Assembly (NCBI GenBank): GCA_963578775.1
Contig: CAUZEG010000001.1
Coordinates: 22,041-86,040 of the forward strand
Length of the DNA: 64,000 nt
Reading direction: 5' to 3'
Source of the DNA: Myxococcales bacterium
GTDB taxonomy: Bacteria > Myxococcota_A > UBA9042 > UBA3505
The notes under the pieces are model-generated. The model did no database searches, had not been told where the DNA came from, and was given only the letters and a program-made list of their open reading frames with translations. The position numbers were made by a program, and so were the translations under genes. Of this stretch, positions 40,357 through 48,648 are shown one piece after another (the stretch's first letter is position 1; every line of letters begins with the position of its first letter).

Positions 40357-43300
40357 TGCTGTTCGGTCGAACCGTACGCACTTTGCTACTACTCTCCATT
40401 TGCGTGACCATTCCGTTGTCTGCGCACGGCCAGAAGAAGAAGAGCCGTGCTGTAAAGGCGATGAAAGCCGATATGGGTAAAAAGAAGGTCAAGGTCGAGG
40501 AACAAGGTGGTCCCGCGTCCCTGCAAGATGTCGAACAGGCCGCATTGGATGCCCAGGTCAAAGTGAACCTGGAACGAAAATCTACAATTCGTATGGACCA
40601 GATTAGCAAGATGGAGCGTTTGCTTCGTGACAACCCCCATTACCACAATAAGGTCGGTATTTATCACCGGCTGGCAGAAGCCAACTGGCAGGAATCAAAA
40701 TACAGATTCCTGATGAAAATGGACGACTTTCGGAACCAGGTGGACGCCTATGATGCGGGGACACTGAGTCGGGAACCGAAAATGCCGGACGAAAACTATG
40801 AGGTGGCGTTGGAGTTCTACCGTCGAGTTCAACGCCAGTTCCCGGATTATTTCCGTATCGATGAGGTAACCTATTATCTGGCGAAAGGTCTGCTTCTCGA
40901 GGGGAAGAATAAGAAAAACAACAACCTCACCCTTGAAGGAGTGTCCAATCTTTTGAAGGTTGTGAACACCTACCCCAAAAGCCGATTTGTTGCTGAAGCC
41001 TACCTCGCTCTGGCTGAGTACTATTTTGATAGAAGTATGCTCACACAGGCTCGCTTGAAGTATGAGCAGATCATCAACAACCATAAGCGCTCATCCATGT
41101 TTAACTATGCCCTCTATAAACTCGCCTGGGTGTACTATAACCAGAAGGAGATGGAACGTTCGGTCAAGACTTTCAAGAAGGTCGTGAAGGCTGTGACAAG
41201 TTCCGGGGTAGCGGCGAAGATCGAATTCCGCGATCAGGCGCTTAATGATCTGATCCGTGTCTACGCGGAAATGGACGATGGTTGGAAGTTGGCCAAGAAG
41301 TACTTCCTTACCCAGGTGTCAGAAGACGAGACCTATGTGAAGTTGAAGAAATTGGGCAGTCTTCTACTGGGGATGGATCGGGACGAAGAAGCTATCTCGC
41401 TGTACGAGCATTTCCTGAAGAAATTCCCAACGGACAAGATGTGCATCGCATGGTGGGATAATATCCTGAGCGTTCGCGTAGCCCAGGAGGATCTGGGCCA
41501 GCTTGAAAAAGATACCCGGCGCATGGTGGCGTTTATTGGAGCGAAGGGAACCTGGCGAAAAGCCCATTCTATAGATGATGAAGTACTGGAGAATGCCTAC
41601 AAGCTCGGCGAAGGGCGTATGCTGTGGATCGCCAATCAATACCATCGTGAAGCCCAGAGATTACGGAAGCAGAAGCTGTATTTCCGAGCGGCCGATCTCT
41701 ATGAGCTGTTCCTGCGAGAGTTCAATGACAGCGAGAACGCGATTCGCAAGAGTAAGAATGCCTACATGGTCAATTTCTACCTTGCTGAGATCCTCTCGGA
41801 CGAAAAGAAGGACTACAAAAAAGCGCTGGTGCAGTACGAGCGTGTTCTTGAGCGTGATAGAAAAGGTGAATACACCGAGGATGCGGCTCTGGGCGCGGTC
41901 TATTGTTATTACGAGTTGATGTACAAGAAGAATCTTCGTGAACGACCCCGGGGTGGGAAAACCATCGATACGGTCAAGTTGAGCGAAGAGGAATTGAAAG
42001 AGAGCGCCAAGCTCAAGAAGCGGAGCGACTTGGCACCGTTGGAGCAGGGGTTTGTTCAATCCGCCGATGCCTACGTCAATATCGTGCGTGAATGGCTTAA
42101 GGATCCGAAGGTCCGGAGAAAGAACCCAAAGCGTGGTGCGCGAATCCCAGAGATGATGTTTGTGGCCGCGGAGATGTTGTACAACCACGGCCAATATGAA
42201 GAGGCCGTCTCTCGACTCAAGATCATCTTTGAGGACTTTCCGCGACATGAGTTTGCGGCCTGGTCCGTCCAGATGCTGATCGACTGTTATGCCAAGCTGG
42301 CACATTGGGAGAAGGTCGAAAACTGGTCCAACAAGCTTATCAAGGCTCGAAACTTCAAGGTCTTAACCCGGAAGACTCTCAACAAGTTCCGCGCAATTGC
42401 TGTGGGTGAATTGGCTCGAGAGCATGCGTTGAAGAAGGAATACAGCAAAGCGATTTCCCAGTATAAGCGGGTGTATAAGGAATTCCGTCGCGCTCGAAAC
42501 ACGGACGATAAAGAGTTGGCGGCCAATGCCATATTCAACATTGCGGCCATCCATTACCAGGCGAGGGATATTCGCGCTGCCATTAAGACCTACGGGAAGA
42601 TGCGCAAAGAGTTCCCGGCAGCGGAAAAGGCACCGGAAGCACAATACTTGATTGGTGAAATATACGAGAGCCAGACGCAGTTTGTGGATGCAGCCAGGTC
42701 GTTCCTGGTTATGGAAAAATTCAAGTCGGATAGTAGGGCGGCGGATGCTATTTTGAATGCAGGCCTCATTTATGAAGCCGTAGATCGCCCGAAGGACGCA
42801 ATAAAGACCTTTGTGAAGTATCTGAGGCTATTCCCGAAGAAAAAGAATGCGGACAAAGTGTACTTTCGTATTGGACGGGTTCACGAAGATAGCGGTGGTC
42901 GTAGGAATCTGATCAGGGCCAAAGATCACTACATCAAGTTTATTAAGAGATACGCGTCCTCCAAGGTTCTGGTGGTAGAAGCTCACACCCGCGTGGGAGC
43001 GATTCTCCGTAAATTGAACGAAAAGCGAAACCGACGCCATGCCGAGCGGCATTATGGGAAAGCCCAAGTGGTATTTGTCGAGGTCGATCCCAAGGCGACA
43101 GGATTCAAGCAGGCCCAATATTTTGCAGCCCAGGCCAAGTTCGAATTGACCGAGTATTCCTATGCGGACTACGAGGCGATTTCCTTGGACAAGAAGACAA
43201 TGAAAAAGCTTGAGGGAATCAGGGAAAGGGTCACGAAGAAGGCCGAAGCGTTCAAGGCTGTGGAGAATGCCTACCTCTCGATCATGGCGGTCTACAAACA

Positions 43301-43691
43301 GCCACAATGGAATGCAGCGGCTCTGTTTCGTACGGGAATGCTCTATTATAACTTTGTGAACTTCCTCCTCGACGCACCGATTCCGGACGGACTCGACCTC
43401 GATACCGAGGATGCTTATCGTCTGTATCTGGAGCAGCAGGCTAAAATCCCACGGGAAAAGTCCCTGGTCGCGTTTGGTCTTGCTCTGAAATCAGCGCACC
43501 AGATGGAGGTATATAATGACTGGTCGAAGAAGTCGGCTATCTATGCCTCGAAGGTAAATCCCGAGGAATATCCGGTCTCGGATGAAAAGGCCGTACGTAG
43601 TGATCACACGCGCGATACGCTGGGCTCGGCTTCCCTTCTGCGTTATCTGAAGCGCAACAACATCGTCGTTGATATGGCGCCTGCCCAATAG
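40344..43691 (+). CDS. Large secreted TPR-repeat protein (GltD/AgmU/NfsD-like)
   Basis: 1115 aa; signal peptide followed by continuous TPR-like helical repeats. Confidence 0.55.
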   Translation: MCPMMLFGRTVRTLLLLSICVTIPLSAHGQKKKSRAVKAMKADMGKKKVKVEEQGGPASLQDVEQAALDAQVKVNLERKSTIRMDQISKMERLLRDNPHYHNKVGIYHRLAEANWQESKYRFLMKMDDFRNQVDAYDAGTLSREPKMPDENYEVALEFYRRVQRQFPDYFRIDEVTYYLAKGLLLEGKNKKNNNLTLEGVSNLLKVVNTYPKSRFVAEAYLALAEYYFDRSMLTQARLKYEQIINNHKRSSMFNYALYKLAWVYYNQKEMERSVKTFKKVVKAVTSSGVAAKIEFRDQALNDLIRVYAEMDDGWKLAKKYFLTQVSEDETYVKLKKLGSLLLGMDRDEEAISLYEHFLKKFPTDKMCIAWWDNILSVRVAQEDLGQLEKDTRRMVAFIGAKGTWRKAHSIDDEVLENAYKLGEGRMLWIANQYHREAQRLRKQKLYFRAADLYELFLREFNDSENAIRKSKNAYMVNFYLAEILSDEKKDYKKALVQYERVLERDRKGEYTEDAALGAVYCYYELMYKKNLRERPRGGKTIDTVKLSEEELKESAKLKKRSDLAPLEQGFVQSADAYVNIVREWLKDPKVRRKNPKRGARIPEMMFVAAEMLYNHGQYEEAVSRLKIIFEDFPRHEFAAWSVQMLIDCYAKLAHWEKVENWSNKLIKARNFKVLTRKTLNKFRAIAVGELAREHALKKEYSKAISQYKRVYKEFRRARNTDDKELAANAIFNIAAIHYQARDIRAAIKTYGKMRKEFPAAEKAPEAQYLIGEIYESQTQFVDAARSFLVMEKFKSDSRAADAILNAGLIYEAVDRPKDAIKTFVKYLRLFPKKKNADKVYFRIGRVHEDSGGRRNLIRAKDHYIKFIKRYASSKVLVVEAHTRVGAILRKLNEKRNRRHAERHYGKAQVVFVEVDPKATGFKQAQYFAAQAKFELTEYSYADYEAISLDKKTMKKLEGIRERVTKKAEAFKAVENAYLSIMAVYKQPQWNAAALFRTGMLYYNFVNFLLDAPIPDGLDLDTEDAYRLYLEQQAKIPREKSLVAFGLALKSAHQMEVYNDWSKKSAIYASKVNPEEYPVSDEKAVRSDHTRDTLGSASLLRYLKRNNIVVDMAPAQ

Positions 43692-43710
43692 GGATTGGCG
43701 AGGTACGAAT

Positions 43711-45192
43711 ATGAGACGAAACCAACTTTGTTCGATAGCAGTCCTTATTATTTGTGGTGCGAGCTTGATTGCTTGTGGTGGAGCCCAGGTCGCTACGAAG
43801 ACCGATTCGTCGACCACGACCACAACGAAAAAGACAAAGAAGAAAGGTGAAGACCTTACCCGGCGGGCTCCGGTCAAGGAGCGCGTAATCAAGTACGTGG
43901 AAGGAGTGCCGAAGAAGGCTCAGGACTTATTCCGTCAGGGAATGAAAGCCGCCTTGACGGCCCCGCCCAATTACAAAGTGAGCCTGAAGAAATTCCGCAA
44001 GGCCATTGATAAGGACCAGGCGTTTCTGGAGGCCTATACGAATCTCGGGAAGGTGTACGAAAAGTTGCGCAATCTGGAAAAGGCACGCGAAGTATACCTG
44101 GAAGCTCTGGAAAAGAATGGGGACAAGCTGGAGACCCTTCAATACCGTGCTTTTATTGGAAAGCTCTCTCTCATCAATGCGCGTCGGGAATTTGAGAGAG
44201 GCAATCGACCAGAATCCAATCGCTTGATGCAGGAAGGAAAAGACATACTGGACAATGTTCTGGCACGAGACGTGGACAATGTCGCCGCCAACAATGCGAC
44301 TGCGCTGTACTGGTTGGAACGAGACGATCCGAAGAAGGCGGAAGAGTATGTCATTCGTGTACTGGAGCGAGAACCACAAAACACGGAAGCATTGAATACC
44401 CGTGGTCTGATCAATCTCGAACGGGGAAAACTCAAGATTGCGAAGTGGATTTTCGAGCAGAAGGTTCTTTCATTGGACCCCAACAGTCCCGAGGCCCATA
44501 CCAATCTCGGCGTGGTATATGTACGGATGGGGGCTCTTCCGGCTGCTGTTCGATCTTTCAAGACCGCGTTGGATCTGGATCCGGATAATCTGCCCGCTCA
44601 TCTCAATCTGGCCAGCGTACAGTTGAACTGGTTGGACTACTCTGGTGCGGCCGAGCGGTATGAGTTGGTACTCAGTCGTCAGAAGGACAATGTGGAAGCC
44701 TGGATCGGTCTGGGATCATCCCAATGGGGCATGATGAAATTCGAGGATGCAGTGAAGTCCTACGATACCGCTCTGAAGATTGATTCACGCAGGACACCGA
44801 TCCTTCTGAAGATTGCGAAGATCTATGAAACCCACCTCGACAAACTTGATGATGCGATCGCTACTCTGAACAAGTATTTGGATATTACTGGGGAAGGAGC
44901 GGATTCCGCAGTGGGGAAACAGATCAAGATCCTGGTGGATATGAAGAAGATGAACGTCAACATATCTGACGACGATGAGGATGATATGGACGATGATATG
45001 GACGATGATGACGATTCGTCTGATTCCGAGGATCCCAAGACCGAAGACACTCCCAAGACGAAAGATCCGGAAAAATCTGAAGAGCCTGCCAAAAAGGCCG
45101 ATGGCGGTAGTCCCGCCAAGGCCGGTCCAGCGAAGGCAGCTCCTGCCAAGGAAGCCCCAGGAAAAACCGCACCCAAGCCCAGCTCGGATTGA
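43711..45192 (+). CDS. TPR-repeat lipoprotein with acidic and Lys/Ala/Pro-rich C-terminal tail (GltE/AglT/NfsE-like)
   Basis: Start at MRRNQLCS (RBS GGCGAGG); lipobox LIACGG; canonical TPRs; tail DDDEDDMDDDMDDDDD...PAKAGPAKAAPAKEAP. Confidence 0.55.
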   Translation: MRRNQLCSIAVLIICGASLIACGGAQVATKTDSSTTTTTKKTKKKGEDLTRRAPVKERVIKYVEGVPKKAQDLFRQGMKAALTAPPNYKVSLKKFRKAIDKDQAFLEAYTNLGKVYEKLRNLEKAREVYLEALEKNGDKLETLQYRAFIGKLSLINARREFERGNRPESNRLMQEGKDILDNVLARDVDNVAANNATALYWLERDDPKKAEEYVIRVLEREPQNTEALNTRGLINLERGKLKIAKWIFEQKVLSLDPNSPEAHTNLGVVYVRMGALPAAVRSFKTALDLDPDNLPAHLNLASVQLNWLDYSGAAERYELVLSRQKDNVEAWIGLGSSQWGMMKFEDAVKSYDTALKIDSRRTPILLKIAKIYETHLDKLDDAIATLNKYLDITGEGADSAVGKQIKILVDMKKMNVNISDDDEDDMDDDMDDDDDSSDSEDPKTEDTPKTKDPEKSEEPAKKADGGSPAKAGPAKAAPAKEAPGKTAPKPSSD

Positions 45193-45241
45193 AAAGCAGG
45201 TTGAAAGCGTTTAACGTTAAGGAATCAAAAGAGGTCCGATA

Positions 45242-45502
45242 ATGAAACGTAGTTTAGTGATGGCATGTAGCATCGTACTCGCGTTTGCGTTCCTGGGAAC
45301 AGCGATCGCGGCACCACCGAAAGGGGTGAAGGCGAAATTCTACGATTTCTCGGACCAATTGATCGATGGTGAGATCCGACGACCGACAGCGCTGTATACG
45401 GACACGCGTCAGGCCGCAAAATTCCAGCGCCTATTACGGTTGAAGCGTCTTTTCAGCAAGGACGTTCTTCTTAGAACAGCGAAGGATCCGGTCTTTAAAT
45501 AA
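45242..45502 (+). CDS. Small secreted protein (86 aa; GltF/NfsF-like by position and size)
   Basis: Signal peptide MKRSLVMACSIVLAFAFLGTAIA; RBS AAAAGAGG. Confidence 0.45.
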   Translation: MKRSLVMACSIVLAFAFLGTAIAAPPKGVKAKFYDFSDQLIDGEIRRPTALYTDTRQAAKFQRLLRLKRLFSKDVLLRTAKDPVFK

Positions 45503-45602
45503 TGCCTGTTACGGCAGCTGACGAACTTAATTGAACGGCCAACAGTTTGACGTCTAACAAGGCCGCATCTATATTGCGTTTCGGTATCAATGTGGGCGGG
45601 CA

Positions 45603-46322
45603 ATGATTGTTGTCGAGAGTCAGAAACGACGCGGATTCATCGGGCGTCTTGAGACCGGGCAGGATGTTGTAACCGGGATTCGCGACTTTTGTGTTCGTGA
45701 ACGAGTGGAAACAGCCTTTTTCTCGGGTTTTGGCTATGTGTCCAACCCGGTGGTTCGGATTTTTCGCCCCGAACATAAACGCTACCTGAAGGGCGAGGAG
45801 AACCTGACCGGTGATTATTTATTAACGTCTGTTCAGGGTTCTGTTTCCTTCCATCAGGAAGCTCGCGAATTGAATATTGTGGTCACATGCCGTCACGTAG
45901 AAACGGGTGACGTCGTTGTCGCGGAACTGCTTGGCGCGGAGGTTATATCCTTTGAGTTCAGCGTAAGCTCATTCGACGACGTTCGCTTATATCGTGATCA
46001 TGATGAACATACCGGTCTTCGGCAATGGGTGATGATGGAGATGGTGGACGATACCTCGGCCGCCAAGCCAGTTGTGGTATCCGCCAAGCCCGAACCTGTA
46101 GAGACAGTCGAAGAGGAGTCTGTAGAGATCGCCATTGGGGATTTCCTGGAGCATCCTCGTCTTGGCTTATGCGAAGTTATAGAGCTCGTGGGAGATTCAA
46201 GGCTGGCCATACGCCTTCAAACGGATCGAATCGTAGAATTGCACCGGGGTATCATAAATCTCGAACAAACTGGCGAGCGAGATGAACACCGGGTCTTCAA
46301 CGTTTCCATTCGTCGGAAGTAA
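45603..46322 (+). CDS. DUF296/PPC-domain protein with acidic C-terminal extension
   Basis: GRLETGQDVVTGIRDF...VSNPVVRIF...LLTSVQGSVSF...VVVAELLGAEVISFEF matches the PPC/DUF296 beta-sandwich pattern. Confidence 0.45.
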   Translation: MIVVESQKRRGFIGRLETGQDVVTGIRDFCVRERVETAFFSGFGYVSNPVVRIFRPEHKRYLKGEENLTGDYLLTSVQGSVSFHQEARELNIVVTCRHVETGDVVVAELLGAEVISFEFSVSSFDDVRLYRDHDEHTGLRQWVMMEMVDDTSAAKPVVVSAKPEPVETVEEESVEIAIGDFLEHPRLGLCEVIELVGDSRLAIRLQTDRIVELHRGIINLEQTGERDEHRVFNVSIRRK

Positions 46323-46330
46323 CTTCGAGC

Positions 46331-46367
46331 AAAAAAAAACCGCGGGCGTTGCCACCCGCGGCTTTCT
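46331..46367. terminator. Bidirectional intrinsic terminator
   Basis: A9 run, then a perfect 7-bp stem ccgcggg/cccgcgg with an 8-nt loop, then CTTTCT. It sits between the convergent 45603-46322(+) gene and glnII(-). Confidence 0.7.
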
Positions 46368-46379
46368 AGCTGTTTAGAG

Positions 46380-47384
46380 CTACGGCTTAAGAGCCTCGCA
46401 ACAGGTCTCCATCATCAGTTGAGATACGACATATGGATCGCAGTTGGCGTTGGGCCGTCGATCTTCCAGATAGCCTTTCTGGTCACGTTCGACCTGCCAC
46501 GGAATACGTACAGATGCACCACGATCGGAGACGCCCCATTTGAACTCCTTGAAGCTGCAGGTCTCATGCAGTCCTGTAAGGCGCTCTTCAATGGCATAGC
46601 CATAGTTCCGAATATGGAGGTCTGCCTTCTCACCAAGCGCTTGCGCGGCCTTGACAATGGCATCGTATGATTCGCGCATTTCAAGAGTTGAAAAATTAGT
46701 ATGCGCTCCAGCACCGTTCCAATCACCCTTGACTGGTTTGGGATAGAGCGTTGCGCTGACACCAAATTCCTCGGCAACCCGATATAGAAGCCAACGCGCA
46801 ACCCACAACTGGTCGGCGATGTCGGGAGCTCCTACAGGGCCAATCTGGAACTCCCACTGCGCGGGCATGACCTCTGCGTTGATGCCGCTGAAGGACAGGC
46901 CGGCCGCCAAACATGCATCCATATGCGCCTCTACGATGTCGCGACCAAAGACTTCATCGGCTCCGACACCGCAATAATAGCCACCCTGTGGAGCTGGAAA
47001 GCCACTATCAGGCCAACCCAGGGGCTTGATCCCATCGAAGAAGGTATATTCCTGCTCGATTCCAAACCAGGATTGGTGGCTGGAGTATTTTTCAGCGGTT
47101 GCGGCACATGAAGCACGCGTGTTGGTCGTGTGTGGGGTCATATCGGTATTCAGGACCTCGCACAGGACAATTTTATTGTCGCCGCCCCGGACCGGGTCTG
47201 GACAGATAAATACTGGTTTTAAGACACAATCCGAGTTCTCCCCGGGTGCCTGGTTTGTGCTGGAGCCATCAAAGCCCCAGAGCGAGGGTGCTTCACCTAG
47301 ATCCATGACCTTTGTCTTCGACCGCATTTTGGCGGTGGGTTCTGTTCCGTCAAGCCAGAGATATTCAGCCTTATACTTGTTCAT
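46380..47384 (-). CDS. glnII: Glutamine synthetase type II (eukaryote-like GSII)
   Basis: 334 aa with WGFDGSSTNQAPGENSD and the GSII catalytic core. Confidence 0.85.
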   Translation of the reverse strand: MNKYKAEYLWLDGTEPTAKMRSKTKVMDLGEAPSLWGFDGSSTNQAPGENSDCVLKPVFICPDPVRGGDNKIVLCEVLNTDMTPHTTNTRASCAATAEKYSSHQSWFGIEQEYTFFDGIKPLGWPDSGFPAPQGGYYCGVGADEVFGRDIVEAHMDACLAAGLSFSGINAEVMPAQWEFQIGPVGAPDIADQLWVARWLLYRVAEEFGVSATLYPKPVKGDWNGAGAHTNFSTLEMRESYDAIVKAAQALGEKADLHIRNYGYAIEERLTGLHETCSFKEFKWGVSDRGASVRIPWQVERDQKGYLEDRRPNANCDPYVVSQLMMETCCEALKP

Positions 47385-47681
47385 CAGTTCCTCAATTACG
47401 CGTGATTATACCCATGCAAACCGGTGGGTTTCTTCCTTCATATCCGGTAATTGTTTCCGGTCTGTTTCGGGACTGTAAAATCATTGTTCCGGTTGTGGCT
47501 GGGAGGGGTTTATCGGGGCAAATTCCTATGCCATGGAGAATGGCAATTAACTCTGCTGCTCTTCACACTTTGATCAATCGGATCGAATCTCGAAGTGTAG
47601 AGCGAGCCGGGTGATTTTGTTGTAGCCCGTGTTCGAAAGATGGGGAGCATATCCTCTGCCCAATGGCATGGACCTGTGGGG

Positions 47682-48629
47682 TCAGCCGTCCGAACCGGTA
47701 GCCGCCAAGCCATTCCAGATCTCGAAGATCATCTCAATCTCGAGCTTGGTATCATCACCCCCAGGCTCACAGCGGTCGACATCTGTGGTTTCGCCATCGA
47801 CCAGCCCTTTTGAATAGCCATCGCAATCCCAATCGTCTTTGGCATCCGGTAGGGTGCAGGCACCACAATCCGTATCGGCCATAACGAATCGGAGGAGGTC
47901 GAAGAGGCTCTGGTGATCGTCCGGTTTCAATCGACTTATGAATTCGATGCGCTTGGCCTCAATGGGATCGATATCTGGGACAACTTCCGCACCGGCTTCC
48001 GCTTCAATTTCCGCTTTTCGGGTGCGGATGTAATCGAATAGAAGGTGGTTCTCGTTACGCATTTGGTCCAGCGTCTCGCGGGCGATTTCACCTCGCGGCC
48101 GGGTTGGAAATTCACGTGCGCCTTTCCCCGCCTTAAAGGGAACAACGAAACCGTCGAAGGGAATGAAACGAAAGGTCATCGTTTCCAGACACGGGTCGGC
48201 TCCCTCGAACTGGGTTGTCATGCGAATGGAACCCGTTGGGCAGGGTTCGACGCATAGACCGCAGTACATACATTTGCCCATATCGATGTCGAAGGCATAC
48301 ATGCCACGAATCTTCTTATCGGACGTGGGGTCGTCCCGTTTCTCAATGAGAATCTGGATGCAATCAATAGGACAAAACGTTTCACATAATGTGCACGCCG
48401 TGCAGATATCCATATCGACTTCAAGGAAACCACGGGTGCGTTCTGGGAGCATCTCCCACATCTGTTTTCCTTCCGGCAGACGGTCGGGATATTGGACCGT
48501 GATCGGAGTTCGAACGAGGTTGGCCATTGTGACCGCCATACCTTCGAAGGTAGAGGTCGCCGACTTCCAGATCTTTTGGAAGTAGCTCTGGTCTTGAATG
48601 GACTCTACTGCTGTGGCTGTTCGAGACAT
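47682..48629 (-). CDS. nuoI: NuoI-like 2x[4Fe-4S] subunit with about 150-aa Cys-containing acidic C-terminal extension
   Basis: CTACTLCETFCP and CMYCGLCVEPCP; extension contains DCGACTLPDAKDDWDCDGY. Confidence 0.75.
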   Translation of the reverse strand: MSRTATAVESIQDQSYFQKIWKSATSTFEGMAVTMANLVRTPITVQYPDRLPEGKQMWEMLPERTRGFLEVDMDICTACTLCETFCPIDCIQILIEKRDDPTSDKKIRGMYAFDIDMGKCMYCGLCVEPCPTGSIRMTTQFEGADPCLETMTFRFIPFDGFVVPFKAGKGAREFPTRPRGEIARETLDQMRNENHLLFDYIRTRKAEIEAEAGAEVVPDIDPIEAKRIEFISRLKPDDHQSLFDLLRFVMADTDCGACTLPDAKDDWDCDGYSKGLVDGETTDVDRCEPGGDDTKLEIEMIFEIWNGLAATGSDG

Positions 48630-48648
48630 ACGTCAAAGACTCCTGACG

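Noticed and set aside
47517-47533. Possible sigma-54 promoter (TGGCAT-N5-TTTGC) upstream of glnII
   Set aside because: GG-to-GC spacing is 11 nt rather than the strictly conserved 10 nt, and position 6 is T rather than C.
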